Shown here piece after piece: positions 21,301 through 30,582 of a stretch of 64,000 bases of DNA. The stretch is taken from the NCBI GenBank assembly GCA_965261595.1, contig CBDHDG010000007.1, forward strand, positions 448,001-512,000, read 5' to 3'. The notes below the pieces were generated by a model, which worked only from the letters and a program-made list of their open reading frames with translations, made no database searches and had not been told where the DNA came from. The DNA is from a bacterium. GTDB lineage: Bacteria; UBA8248; JACPRG01; G963555815. Each line of letters starts with the position of its first letter. Within the stretch, counting starts at the first letter, position 1. The translations under genes were made by a program, and so were the position numbers.

Positions 21301-22961
21301 CGACGAACAACTGCTCGTCGTCGGTGCAGGTGACGGTGCCGCAGCCGCCTGACCTGAGGATCCAGACGATCGCAGCTCCGAGCAGCATTACTGTGGGAGA
21401 ATCCTTCAACTTGTCGGTTACGGTACTGAACGATGGCGACGGTGAGTCGCCGGCGACGACGCTGCGCTACTACCGGTCCACGGACGCGACGATCACGTCC
21501 TCCGACACGGCGGTAGGGACGGACGCAGTGGGGGCGCTTTCGGCTTCGGGGACGAGCGCGCAGTCGATCTCGCTGACAGCGCCGTCGAGCGCCGATACGT
21601 ACTACTACGGGGCGTGCGTGGACACAGTGACGGACGAGTCCGACACGACGAACAACTGTTCTTCCTCCGCACAGGTCATCGTGGAGGAGAGACAGCAGCA
21701 ACAGCAGGGCAATCCTGACCTTGAGGTCGGGGCGCCATCGGTGAGCGACAGCAGCCCGCCGGCCGGGATGAATTTCACCCTGTCGGCGACGGTGAGCAAC
21801 ACGGGCGATGGGGAGTCGCCGGCGACGACGTTGCGCTACTACGAGTCGACGGACGCGACGATCACAACGTCTGACAGGGAAGTGGGGACGGACGCGATAG
21901 CGGAACTGGCCGCCTCGGGGACTAGCGAGCAGTCGGCCTCGCCCGAGGCGCGGTTGAGCGCCGGCACGTACTATTACGGGGCGTGCGTGGACACGGTGAC
22001 GGATGAGTCCGACACGACGAACAACTGCTCGGCATCGGTGCAGGTGACGGTAGCGGCTGCAGCGAGGGTGGAAGTGACGCCGAACCCGGTTAGCTTGGAC
22101 GCAGTGGGGGCGACCGCGACCCTGACGGGAACGCTCTTCGACACCAACGGCGAAGAAATGCAGCCCCAGTCCTGGGGCTGGTCCTCGGAGGACGAGACCG
22201 TGGCGACGGTGAGTGGTTCGTTCTTCACAACGGGCTCGGCTACCGTTACGGCGATCGGGCCCGGAACAACGACGGTGACATACGGCGCAAACGGCGTGGA
22301 AGGTACGGTCACGGTAACGGTGGCGGTGACCGGGGCGCGGGTGGAGATATCGCCGCGCAAGCTGACGTTCGAGGCGTTGGGGGACACCAAGTCGGTGACC
22401 GTCCGGGTCCTGGACGAGAACGGCGATGAGGACGAGGATGCGTCATTCGGCTATATCGGCGTCTTCAGTCCGTGCTGCCGGCCTAATCTTGCCGACCCGC
22501 CGAAATACATCGACATCGAGAGAACGGACGAAGGCCTGGAGATCACGGCAGAAGGACCGGGAAGCGGCTCGTACACGATAAGTTCGCCGGGCGTGGCATC
22601 AGCCATTCTGCTCGTGACCGTGTACATGAAACCGGCGTCCCTGGAGGTTTCGCCGAACTCGGTGAGCTTGGACGTCGACGAAACGACCACGCTGAGCGCG
22701 ACGATCAAGGACGCCAACGGCCACTCCATTCACGTGAACCAGGGCGACGGCCAGGGCGGTCTCGCGGTGTATTGGGAAACGAGCGACGACCAGGTGGCGA
22801 CTGTCGAGGGCAACACCGCCGGAGCGGACCGTAATACCGGAGGCACCGCCACGGTAACAGCGGTTGGAGCCGGAACGGCGACGATCACCGGCAGGTGGGG
22901 TGGTAGTAGTACGGTCACGGGCACCGCCACGGTGACGGTGACGGTGACGGACAGCAACTGA
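18345..22961 (+). CDS. Large surface lipoprotein: nine CARDB-like repeats, one PPC-like domain, C-terminal Ig-like (Big_2) domains
   Basis: Lipobox LAGC then poly-Gly; nine repeats PDL...TLRYY.STDATIT...GTYYYGACV...ESDTTNNCS; DVDYFRL; WSSEDETVATV and WETSDDQVATV. Confidence 0.88.
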   Translation: MITRSHSLKAIASIALVVMTCIGLAGCGGGGGGGGGGGGSRPATGGSGDQMTIEPRPSQDRPDLAVGSPSVSDSNPAAGATFTLSATVRNGGAGASPATTLRYYRSTDATITTSDTSVGTEAVAGLAASGSGSKSVDLTAPASPGTYYYGACVDAVAGESNTTNNCSSSVQVTVNDKPDHSDMPAGATAIALSESFQGRIDSPNDVDYFRLRVDSPGTLTIRTTGNADPDIAVFDGAGIEVPGVSGSWIGSITQEILDRGSDLRVRFSGGNAGGEYTGSATLDQLSQTSPDLSVGSPSVSDSSPAAGASFTLSATVSNTGDGESVATTLRYYRSTDATITPSDTEVDTEAVAELAASGSSSGSVDLTAPASPGTYYYGACVDAVTGESDTTNNCSASVQVVVETQQQLQGQPDLVVALSSVSDSSPAAGASFTLSATVRNDGDGTSAATTLRYYRSTDATITTSDTSVGTGAVAGLAASGSGSESVDLTAPSNPGTYYYGACVDTVAGESDTTNNCSSSVTVVVAGPDLVVASPSVSDSSLAAGAGFTLSATVRNDGDGDAPATTLRYYRSTDATITTSDTSVGTDAVAELSASATSDESVGLTAPSSPGTYYYGACVAAVAGESDTSNNCSSSVAVNVLDPQLPVVNEPDLVVASPSVSDNGPAAGASVTLSATVRNDGDGDSPATTLRYYRSTDATITTSDTAEGTDAVGALSVSGTSAESISVTAPSSPGTYYYGACVVTVTDESDTTNNCSSSVQVTVPQPVYPDLEVGSPSVSDSNPGPGGSFTLSATVSNPGDGESPATTLRYYRSTDATITTSDTAEGTDAVGALSVLGTSAESISVTAPSSPGTYYYGACVDTVTDESDTTNNCSSSVQVTVPQPVYPDLEVGSPSVSDSNPGPGGSFTLSATVSNPGDGESPATTLRYYRSTDATITTSDTSVGTDAVGSLSASGSSAESISLTAPSSADTYYYGACVDTVTDESDTTNNCSSSVQVTVPQPPDLRIQTIAAPSSITVGESFNLSVTVLNDGDGESPATTLRYYRSTDATITSSDTAVGTDAVGALSASGTSAQSISLTAPSSADTYYYGACVDTVTDESDTTNNCSSSAQVIVEERQQQQQGNPDLEVGAPSVSDSSPPAGMNFTLSATVSNTGDGESPATTLRYYESTDATITTSDREVGTDAIAELAASGTSEQSASPEARLSAGTYYYGACVDTVTDESDTTNNCSASVQVTVAAAARVEVTPNPVSLDAVGATATLTGTLFDTNGEEMQPQSWGWSSEDETVATVSGSFFTTGSATVTAIGPGTTTVTYGANGVEGTVTVTVAVTGARVEISPRKLTFEALGDTKSVTVRVLDENGDEDEDASFGYIGVFSPCCRPNLADPPKYIDIERTDEGLEITAEGPGSGSYTISSPGVASAILLVTVYMKPASLEVSPNSVSLDVDETTTLSATIKDANGHSIHVNQGDGQGGLAVYWETSDDQVATVEGNTAGADRNTGGTATVTAVGAGTATITGRWGGSSTVTGTATVTVTVTDSN

Positions 22962-23020
22962 TTGAGTCGAGTGGACTCGGGCCGTTCCCGAGTGCTGACG
23001 GTATTGGCAGGTGCCAGGGC

Positions 23021-23107
23021 GGTGCGTGCGTGGACGCAGTGGCCGGGGAGTCCGACACGACGAACAACTGCTCGGGAACCCTATCCGTGCAAGTCAATGC
23101 AAACTAG
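23021..23107 (+). repeat. Orphan CARDB-repeat C-terminal half downstream of the stop codon
   Basis: Translates GACVDAVAGESDTTNNCSGTLSVQVNAN*. Confidence 0.8.
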
Positions 23108-23456
23108 ACTGAAGTTCCCCTTGCCGCGACAAAACAACTCATTGATACTCAGCCGGATTTTCAGCTTCCGGTGGGTTCCGGCACAGGGAACATTTCGATG
23201 AGTTCGGCTACGCGGCGTTGAGTTGACCCACCCCCACTAACGAGACCATCCCCTACGTTAGTCTCGGGACTATCTGAAGTTCACTCCGGGGGACCCGCGC
23301 CAGGGCTTGGGAACTTGCAACTCTTTGCCTCTGGCACCGAAAACCGGTAACCCCAGGCATGGTCGAGATGGCGCAATTGTCGGTTGTCCCTGCCGGTTCC
23401 AGACTGCGCCGCCCTCAAGTTAGGAAGAAGACACGGCCATTCGCGAGCAGAGCGAG

Positions 23457-24095
23457 TGACCAGACCGATTTTTTGTACCACTTATTGGGAGAGAGTTTAC
23501 ATGCAGCCTGAGGCTGTGAAACCGGTTTGGGGGGAAGGAATGGAGTGCAGACCTCCGGCGCCGGGGGCCTATAATTCAGCGCCGAGTGCGGTCTCCGGGT
23601 GTTATATTCCTCCCGCCATGGCTCAATCACAATCTGGGCCTCCTTCAACGAATAGAAGATCTCACCATTCAGGCATTCGTCTCTCAGCTTCCCATGGAAA
23701 CGCTCACAATACCCATTGTCCCAGGGACTACCGGGTTCGATGTATAACGTTCCGGTTCCGACCTTCCCCAGCCACTGGCGCAAGTCCCGGGCCAGAAACT
23801 CTGGGCCGTTGTCGGATCGAATATGCTCCGGGACCCCTTGCCACACCATCACGTCCGACAACGCCTCGATCACCTCCGGGCTGCCTATCCTCCGCTCGAC
23901 TCGGATGGCCAGGCATTCCCTCGTATACTCGTCCAGCAGCGTCAGAAGCCGCAGCGTTCTTCCATCGTGCGTTCTGGCGCTGACAAAATCATAGCTCCAG
24001 ACGTGGTTCCGATGCTCCGGCCGCAGTCGCACACAGGAACCGCCGTTCAGCCAGAGCCGTCCTCGGGGCCTTTGTTTCTGCGGCACTTTCAACCG
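23457..24095 (-). mobile_element. IS3-family (IS407-like) remnant, OrfB C-terminal part plus right end
   Basis: VWSYDFV..DGRTLRLLTLLDEYTRECLAI, RSDNGPEF, PGSPWDNGYCERF, YNTRRPHSAL; TGACCAGACCGATTTTTTGTACCA end. Confidence 0.88.
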
Positions 24096-24407
24096 GGATT
24101 TCCCAAATGACTCCAGTTTCGCAATCCCGCAATCCGCAAATGACATCAGAATCCCCAGTTTACCACTGATTCACCCTCCCTTTTTTGAACCCATCCGGAA
24201 CCATCCAATGAGGACGGGGCCAGGCCTCTCATTCAAATTCCCGCGAGGAAACCCCTGCAAAGCGTAGGCGAACCCGGCTGGATGCTGATGTTCAATAAAA
24301 GACCCAATCGAATCGCCTTATTTCGCGTTTGCTCTTCTTGGGTTTATCCGCGAAACGTGCCAAAGTGCCGGAATCATAGATCGTTCACGAATCACGGAGG
24401 GAGGTCC

Positions 24408-25343
24408 ATGTCGAGAATTCTGACGGTGGGCGGCGCACAACTTGGACCGATCGCGCGGAACGAGCCACGCGGGTCCGTAGTCCAGCGGATGCTTGCCCTC
24501 TTGCGGGAGGCCAAGGAGCGGGGGTGCGGGCTTGTCGTCTATCCCGAACTCGCGCTGACGAGCTTTTTCCCGCGCTGGCACATCGAGAATGAGGAAGAAC
24601 TGAACGGTTTTTATGAGCGTGAGATGCCCAACGAAGAAACCCGTCCGCTTTTCGAGGAAGCGGCGCGGCTTCAGATCGGTTTTCATCTGGGGTTCGCGGA
24701 ACTGACCGAGGAAAACGGGAAATTCCACCGTTACAATACCGCCATCCTCGTGGACCCGTCGGGCCACGTCATCGGCAAGTACCGCAAGATCCATCTTCCG
24801 GGCCACGCGGAAGAGGACCCCAAACGCATGTTTCAGCACCTCGAAAAGCGCTACTTCGATGTGGGAAACCTCGGTTTCAAGGTTTGGAAGGCCATGGGCG
24901 GATTGATCGGAATTCTGATTTGCAACGATCGCCGCTGGCCCGAAGCCTTTCGCGTCCTGGGGCTGCAAGGGGTCGAACTGGTCCTCATCGGCTATAACAC
25001 CCCCACGCTGAACGGGCTGCTGTTTGAGCCGCCGCATCTGCGCGCCTTTCACAACCACCTCTCCATGCAGGCGGGGGCCTACCAGAACGGTGCGTGGGTG
25101 GTCGGTGTCGCCAAGGCCGGCCGAGAGGAGGGGGTCGATATGATGGGTCGCAGCGTCATCATCTCGCCCACCGGCGAAATCGTCGCCCAGAGTCTGACAC
25201 TGGAGGATGAATTAATCGTGGCGAAATGCGATCTGGAAGCCGGCCGGTACCTCAGAGAGACCACATTTGATTTCGCCGCCCACCGCCGTCCTGAGCACTA
25301 TGGCCTCATCGTTGAAACAACCGGAGCAGTGCCGCCAAAATGA
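24408..25343 (+). CDS. N-carbamoyl-D-amino acid hydrolase (nitrilase superfamily)
   Basis: AQLGPIAR, YPELALTSFFPRW, YRKIHLPGH, QHLEKRYF, ICNDRRWPE, IGYNTP. Confidence 0.92.
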   Translation: MSRILTVGGAQLGPIARNEPRGSVVQRMLALLREAKERGCGLVVYPELALTSFFPRWHIENEEELNGFYEREMPNEETRPLFEEAARLQIGFHLGFAELTEENGKFHRYNTAILVDPSGHVIGKYRKIHLPGHAEEDPKRMFQHLEKRYFDVGNLGFKVWKAMGGLIGILICNDRRWPEAFRVLGLQGVELVLIGYNTPTLNGLLFEPPHLRAFHNHLSMQAGAYQNGAWVVGVAKAGREEGVDMMGRSVIISPTGEIVAQSLTLEDELIVAKCDLEAGRYLRETTFDFAAHRRPEHYGLIVETTGAVPPK

Positions 25344-25373
25344 ATCGGGCCGATGATTCAAGGCTTTCTGATT

Positions 25374-25421
25374 TGACCGGCGGTCATGAGGCTATGGGCT
25401 CGATCCTCCTCAGCTCCACCA
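25374..25421 (+). other. Degenerate 3' half of tRNA-Ala(GGC); att-like site
   Basis: TGACCGGCGGTCATGAGG...TCGATCCTCCTCAGCTCCACCA: anticodon arm with GGC, T-loop-like TCGATCC, CCA end; no 5' half. Confidence 0.7.
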
Positions 25422-25567
25422 TTTGATTTCAAAGGGTTGCGGGAGAATCCCGTGACTGTTTTTCTCTCGAGTGCTAACAGGAGCCGAGGGAAGAGGTCTC
25501 GGCGGTAGGCCTTCCCATTGCGCGCTCTTGGGGTGAGGAAGCTGATGTAAGAATGCGGGGGTCCAGG

Positions 25568-25860
25568 ATGAATCTTGAAAAATCTTGAAGGAGAAGAGGG
25601 CAAAAATTCTGGAAACCGTTGAGGGACGCGGCGCCAGCAATGTGCGCGTATTCGGCTCGGTGGCGCGCGGCGACTTCGGTCCCGAGAGCGACATCGATCT
25701 CCTCATCCACCCGGGGCCGGACATGAGCCTGTTTGGGCATGTGGATCTCGCGCAGGAGCTGGAAGACCTCCTGGGCTGCAAGGTCAACCTGGTGAGCGAC
25801 TGGGGTCTCAGGCCGCGCGTCCGCGAGCGCGTCATGAAAGAAGCCGTCCCCTTAGGACCC
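25568..25860 (+). pseudogene. Minimal nucleotidyltransferase (MNT) antitoxin, degraded
   Basis: NVRVFGSVARGDFGPESDIDLL..LEDLLGCKVNLV..EAVPL; ATG 25568 is out of frame and the expected stop is lost. Confidence 0.8.
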
Positions 25861-25862
25861 CG

Positions 25863-26055
25863 ATGCGGGATGACCAGCAACGCCTTCTCGACATTCAGGA
25901 AGCCATCGCCAACATCGAAGAGTACGCGGCCAAGGGAAAAGAAACGTTTCTCGGGGAAAAACTTGTTTAAGTCTGGGTGGTCCACCACCTACAGATCATC
26001 GGCGAAGCAGCCTCCATGTTGTCCCGAGAATTGCGCGAGCGCAATCCCGATATCC
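25863..26055 (+). pseudogene. HEPN/DUF86 toxin with internal stop, truncated
   Basis: MRDDQQRLLDIQEAIANIEEY..LV*VWVVHHLQIIGEAA; TAA at 25968; ends before the Rx4H motif. Confidence 0.8.
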
Positions 26056-26221
26056 GCTCGGATGTCCCGGTGAAGGACAGAAAACCCGTCAGCGGGAACC
26101 ATGCGCCGAGGACCACCTCGGTATCCGTGACCCCCGGATCGGCCGTCCATCCAGGGCCGCTCCATCCGATCAATCCCACCATTAACGCAAGCGCCAATAC
26201 GCCCTTCCTGATGCGATTCAT
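26056..26221 (-). pseudogene. N-terminal fragment of a branched-chain-type ABC substrate-binding protein
   Basis: Signal peptide plus ADPGVTDTEVVLGAWFPLTG, then sequence switches to the HEPN antisense. Confidence 0.7.
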
Positions 26222-26570
26222 TCTCTTCCCTCCGAAAGAACTCTCCACCTGATGTGGGAATGGTTCCCAAGAATCTTCTTGAAAATCAGATGTCTTCTTT
26301 TGCCACATAGAAGCCACCCATTGACAGAGAACAAATCGATCCGGTGTGAGTCTCGCCGGAGGCGGCTCCGACGCGTGATCGAGTCTTCCCGCCCCCTGCG
26401 CGTTCCTGGTCTGAGCCTGCTTCCGGCGAGTGTTTTGATTTGGAAAATCGTCATGGAAAAAGGGGGGAAAGCTTTGCCGAAGATTCTATGGATTACGAAT
26501 ATGCGATCCTGTTGAAGCGCTGTTCGCAAAATCCACGTTCAGCTTGACGGAGCGCGTCTCGGACCGGCGT

Positions 26571-27089
26571 TCAACCGGCCGGGAACCGGGTCGCCACGAA
26601 GTGGGCGATAACGCCCGTGACCGGCGGCACCCAAAACACCGACGCGAAGCGCACCAGGAAGAAGCCGCCCCCCATAATCGGAATCTCGTAGACGAAGATG
26701 CGCGATGGTCCAAGGAGGGCCGTTGCCGTCAGAAGCGTCACGACGGGGCCCATGCCCGCACCCTCTTTGAGCAGGCCCGCCATCATGGGCAGCATCACGA
26801 AGGGCGCGCCTATGGGCATCAGGCTCCCCGCGGCCCAGCCGATGGCGATCCCCTTCCAGCCGGAACGGTCCGAAAGCCAATTCCGCACCAACGCCTCGGG
26901 CAGCGCTTCCAGAAGCAACGTGCCGATCAGAAAGCCGCAAACGATTTTCGGCAGGATGCTGACAAGAATCCGGCCCGCCTGGCTGGCTGAAACCCAGGGA
27001 ATTTGACCCGTCCTCTCGTAGTGATAAACGACAAGCGCGGCGGCGACGGCGGCGAGGATGAGCGTCGTGCGGTCGAAGGCTCCACTCAT
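26571..27089 (-). CDS. Predicted permease (DUF318/ArsP-like small subunit)
   Basis: LPEALVRNWL..SGWKGIAIG..AGSLMP.GAPFV..GAGMGPVVT; multiple TM segments. Confidence 0.75.
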   Translation of the reverse strand: MSGAFDRTTLILAAVAAALVVYHYERTGQIPWVSASQAGRILVSILPKIVCGFLIGTLLLEALPEALVRNWLSDRSGWKGIAIGWAAGSLMPIGAPFVMLPMMAGLLKEGAGMGPVVTLLTATALLGPSRIFVYEIPIMGGGFFLVRFASVFWVPPVTGVIAHFVATRFPAG

Positions 27090-27120
27090 GACAGGATCTC
27101 CCTCCTTCGCGCATGCGCGC

Positions 27121-28128
27121 TTATTGAAAGCGCGGGAGAACCTTTTCCGAGAAGAGACGCATTTGCGCGAACTGGTCGTACGTGGCAAACCGGACGCAGT
27201 AGTGCCGGCACCCTTTCTCCGCGAGGCCCTCGATATTGCGGATGACATCGTCCGGCGTCCCGAAGGGGTCCCGGTTCCACATGGATTGGGAAAGGTCGGT
27301 GAATTCCGTGACGTAGTACTTGTTGAGGAATTCGAGCGCCTCTTTCCGGGCCTGGTCTGGATTGGGGCGGAGACTGCACGTCAACTGATAGCCCCCCACG
27401 ATGTCCTCGGGGCGCCGTCCGGCGTCCTTGGCGTAACCCTTCACTATCCCGAAGAGCTCTTCGTACTCGGCGGGGGTTGCCGTGCAGGTCTGCCAGCCGT
27501 CCGCCAGCTCCCCCACCCGCCGCATCATCCGCTCCTTGACGTGCGGCTTGACGGGAAAGATTTGGGGGTTGTTGGAGATCCAGATGGGGATCGGCTTCTG
27601 GACGGGCCGCACGTCCACGGAGATTCCGCTGTAGGTGTGGAAGGGCATGTCGCTTTCGTTGACGACGTTCGACTCGAGCCAGAGCCGGCGAAGGAGCTTG
27701 ATCTGCTCCTCCATGTAGAAGCCGCGCTTTTTGTAAGGCACGCCCACAACGGTGTATTGCTCATGTGCTTGGGTGCCTCCGGCCTCGGGGCTTCCGCCGC
27801 CCACGCAGACGGTCATGATCATCCGCCCGCCCGAGAGCTGGTCCAGGCTCGCCCAGGTCAGGGCCATCCACGCCGTGTTCCGGGTCGTCAGGATGAAGGA
27901 GGCCGTGCTGAGCTTGACGCGCTTTGTGCGCGACGCGCACGCGCCGAGGGTGGTGGTCGACTCGACGCGCGCCTTCTCGAAGAAGTTGTCCCCGCACCAA
28001 ACCGAGTCGAACCCCAGGCTCTCGACCTCTTCGGCCATCTCGTACATGTCTTGGGCCGTATAGAAATCGGGGTAGATGATCGGTACGCGGGTGTTGATGT
28101 TGACGCCGAACTGAAGCCGGTCTGACAT
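27121..28128 (-). CDS. Luciferase-like (LLM) flavin/F420-dependent oxidoreductase
   Basis: ESLGFDSVWCGD, LDQLSGGR, PVQKPIPIWI, ELADGW. Confidence 0.9.
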   Translation of the reverse strand: MSDRLQFGVNINTRVPIIYPDFYTAQDMYEMAEEVESLGFDSVWCGDNFFEKARVESTTTLGACASRTKRVKLSTASFILTTRNTAWMALTWASLDQLSGGRMIMTVCVGGGSPEAGGTQAHEQYTVVGVPYKKRGFYMEEQIKLLRRLWLESNVVNESDMPFHTYSGISVDVRPVQKPIPIWISNNPQIFPVKPHVKERMMRRVGELADGWQTCTATPAEYEELFGIVKGYAKDAGRRPEDIVGGYQLTCSLRPNPDQARKEALEFLNKYYVTEFTDLSQSMWNRDPFGTPDDVIRNIEGLAEKGCRHYCVRFATYDQFAQMRLFSEKVLPRFQ

Positions 28129-28238
28129 CAGGCTGTCTCCTCGGTAAATTTCTCCCGGGATTCCTGGAAATGATGGTTCTCCGCCGCAACCGGTGTTTCC
28201 CGGGTCCGGATGGGGTGCATGGACGGCGCTTGCCGCCC

Positions 28239-30536
28239 TTACGGTTCGGCCGCGTCCCGGTCTTTCAAGGCTTTCAGGATTTTTTCGGCGGTGACGGGCA
28301 AGGTTCTGAAATGGCAGCCCGTCGCGTGGGCGATGGCATTGGCCACGGCCGCGGCCGTGGGAACCAAACCCGGCTCGCCGATGCCCGAGGCCCCGAACGG
28401 GCCGTCCGGGTCGGGGTTTTCGACCAGGATGGCTTCCACGCGCGGCAAGTCCAGGAAGCTGGGGATCTTGTAGTCGGCGAAGCTGGGGTTGATGGTCTTG
28501 CCTCCGTCCAGGAGCAATTCTTCCATCAGCACGAAGCCCACGCCCTGTGCGACGCTCCCTTCGATCTGTCCTTCGGCGGCCATGGGGTTGATGGCCCGGC
28601 CGATGCCGTGGGCGGCCTTGAAGTCCAGGACGCGGACCTGGCCCGTCTCCGGGCTCACCTCGACCTCGACCACGTGGGCCGCCGAAGAATAGTTCGGGCT
28701 CTGGGTCTCCCAGTCCTTGAATTCGGGTGCGGCTTCGTCGATGAATTTCCCCTCCGCCTGGATCGGGCTTCCCCTTTTCTTGAAGCACAGATCGACGGCG
28801 GCGGCGAAGGACATCCCCCGCTCGGGGGCACCCGGAACGCCGACCCAGCCGTCGCGGGATTCCAAATCTTCGGGCGAGACCTCGAGGGCCTCCGCCACGG
28901 TTTCCAGGATCTGCCCTTTGGCCTCCCGGGCCGCGGCCTGAGCGGCCTGGCCCACCACCCACGTCGTCCGGCTCCCCCACGAGCCGAGGTCATAGGGGGT
29001 CAGGTCGGTGTCGTCGGTGATGATCACCACGTCGTCCAGGGAGACGCCCATCTCCTCGGCGCAAATCTGCGCCACGACGGTCTGCGCGCCCTGGCCCACG
29101 TCGCAGGCCGGGGTGACGAGGGTCACCATCCCGTCCTCGGACACTTTCACCACCGAAGACGCCGCGTTGTAGCCATAGAACCGGTTGCCGCCGGCCGTGT
29201 GGATCATCGTGGCGACCCCGATCCCCCGCCACGGCCCGCCGGGCTCGCGCTTGCCGTACGTCTTCCGCTTCTCGGCCCAGCCGGCCGCGGCGGTCGCCCG
29301 CTCCAGGCATTCGGTCATGTCCATGACCTTTATCTCGGCCCCGACGGCCCGGGTTTTTCCGGGGCGGTTCGCGTTTTTCAGGCGCAACGCGAGGGGATCC
29401 ATTCCCAGGCGCTCGGCGATGAGGTCGAGTTGGTGCTCGTGGGCGAAGGTGATTTGGGGGTTGCCGAATCCCCGAAACCCCGTTCCGTATTGCCGATTCG
29501 TGTAGACGGCGCAGGCGTCGTACTGGAGGTGCTCCACGTCGTAGATCAGGCAGAACATCGAGCCCGTGAAGCTCAGGATGGCGGGGGCCTTGTCGTTGTA
29601 CGCGCCGTTGTCGGCGATGACCCGGGCGGCCCGGGCGTGGACCCGGCCGTCTTTCTTGACGCCTGTTTTGAGGTCGATGATGTAGCGATAGCGGGTTTTG
29701 CTGGTCTCGAATTCCTCTTGCCGGGTGTTGACGATTTTGACCGCCCGCCCGGTCTTGGCCGAGAGGATGGCCGCCACCGGAGGGGTCATGTCCATGACCA
29801 GCCGGTTCCCGAAGGCGCCCCCGGTGGGGAGCTTGCAGACGCGCACGCGGGAGGGAGGGATGCGGAGGGACTTCGCAATCTCGTTCCTCAGGGTGTGGGG
29901 GGCCTGGCTCGGAGCCCAAACCGTCAACCGGCCCGCAAGGTCGAACCGCGCCACGCACCCCCGAGTCTCCATCGGCGCGTGCGCCACGCGCTGGGTCTCG
30001 AAACGGTCTTCGAACACGTGATCTGACTCTGCGAAACCCCGGTCCGGATCGCCGTACTTGCGGTGCAGCTCGAAGGCGATGTTCGAGTCTTTGTGTTCAT
30101 GAATGACGGGGGCTCCGGGCTGCATGGCCTCGTCCACGTCGTACAGGGCCGGAAGCTCTTCGTACTCGACCCGGATGAGATCGGCCGCCGCCCGCGCCGT
30201 TTCCTCGTCCACCGCCGCCACCGCCGCCACCTCGTCGCCCACGTAGTGGACCTTGTCCTTGGCGAGGATGTATTTGTCGGCCAGGTATTCCACGAATGAG
30301 AAGCGTTTTTGGGGCGTATCTGCGCACGTGAGGACGGCGCGCACGCCGGGGAGGCTTTGCGCCGGAGCGGTGTCGATGTTCAGGATTCGGGCGTGGGGGA
30401 AAGGGCTTCTGAGGATCGCGCCGTAAAGCATCCCCGGCAGCTTGAGGTCCGCCAGGTAGTGCATCTCGCCCGTGGCCTTAGGCAGCGCGTCCACCTTGGG
30501 CAGCCGTTTTCCCACAACGCTCAGCGTGTCGGCCAT
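28239..30536 (-). CDS. Xanthine dehydrogenase family Mo-binding subunit (CoxL/HcrA-like)
   Basis: LRSPFPHARI, GGAFG, FRGFGNPQ, GQIEG, GIGEP. Confidence 0.93.
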   Translation of the reverse strand: MADTLSVVGKRLPKVDALPKATGEMHYLADLKLPGMLYGAILRSPFPHARILNIDTAPAQSLPGVRAVLTCADTPQKRFSFVEYLADKYILAKDKVHYVGDEVAAVAAVDEETARAAADLIRVEYEELPALYDVDEAMQPGAPVIHEHKDSNIAFELHRKYGDPDRGFAESDHVFEDRFETQRVAHAPMETRGCVARFDLAGRLTVWAPSQAPHTLRNEIAKSLRIPPSRVRVCKLPTGGAFGNRLVMDMTPPVAAILSAKTGRAVKIVNTRQEEFETSKTRYRYIIDLKTGVKKDGRVHARAARVIADNGAYNDKAPAILSFTGSMFCLIYDVEHLQYDACAVYTNRQYGTGFRGFGNPQITFAHEHQLDLIAERLGMDPLALRLKNANRPGKTRAVGAEIKVMDMTECLERATAAAGWAEKRKTYGKREPGGPWRGIGVATMIHTAGGNRFYGYNAASSVVKVSEDGMVTLVTPACDVGQGAQTVVAQICAEEMGVSLDDVVIITDDTDLTPYDLGSWGSRTTWVVGQAAQAAAREAKGQILETVAEALEVSPEDLESRDGWVGVPGAPERGMSFAAAVDLCFKKRGSPIQAEGKFIDEAAPEFKDWETQSPNYSSAAHVVEVEVSPETGQVRVLDFKAAHGIGRAINPMAAEGQIEGSVAQGVGFVLMEELLLDGGKTINPSFADYKIPSFLDLPRVEAILVENPDPDGPFGASGIGEPGLVPTAAAVANAIAHATGCHFRTLPVTAEKILKALKDRDAAEP

Positions 30537-30582
30537 GTGGTCACCTCTACGAAAATTGCGTGTCGATCAAAGACGCGGGGGA

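Noticed and set aside
18528..22050. Regular repeats as a possible CRISPR array or DGR template/variable pair
   Set aside because: In-frame ~350-bp coding repeats; no spacers, cas genes or reverse transcriptase, and no adenine-specific variation noticed
25374..25421. Functional tRNA gene
   Set aside because: 5' acceptor strand and D arm absent; T arm mismatched
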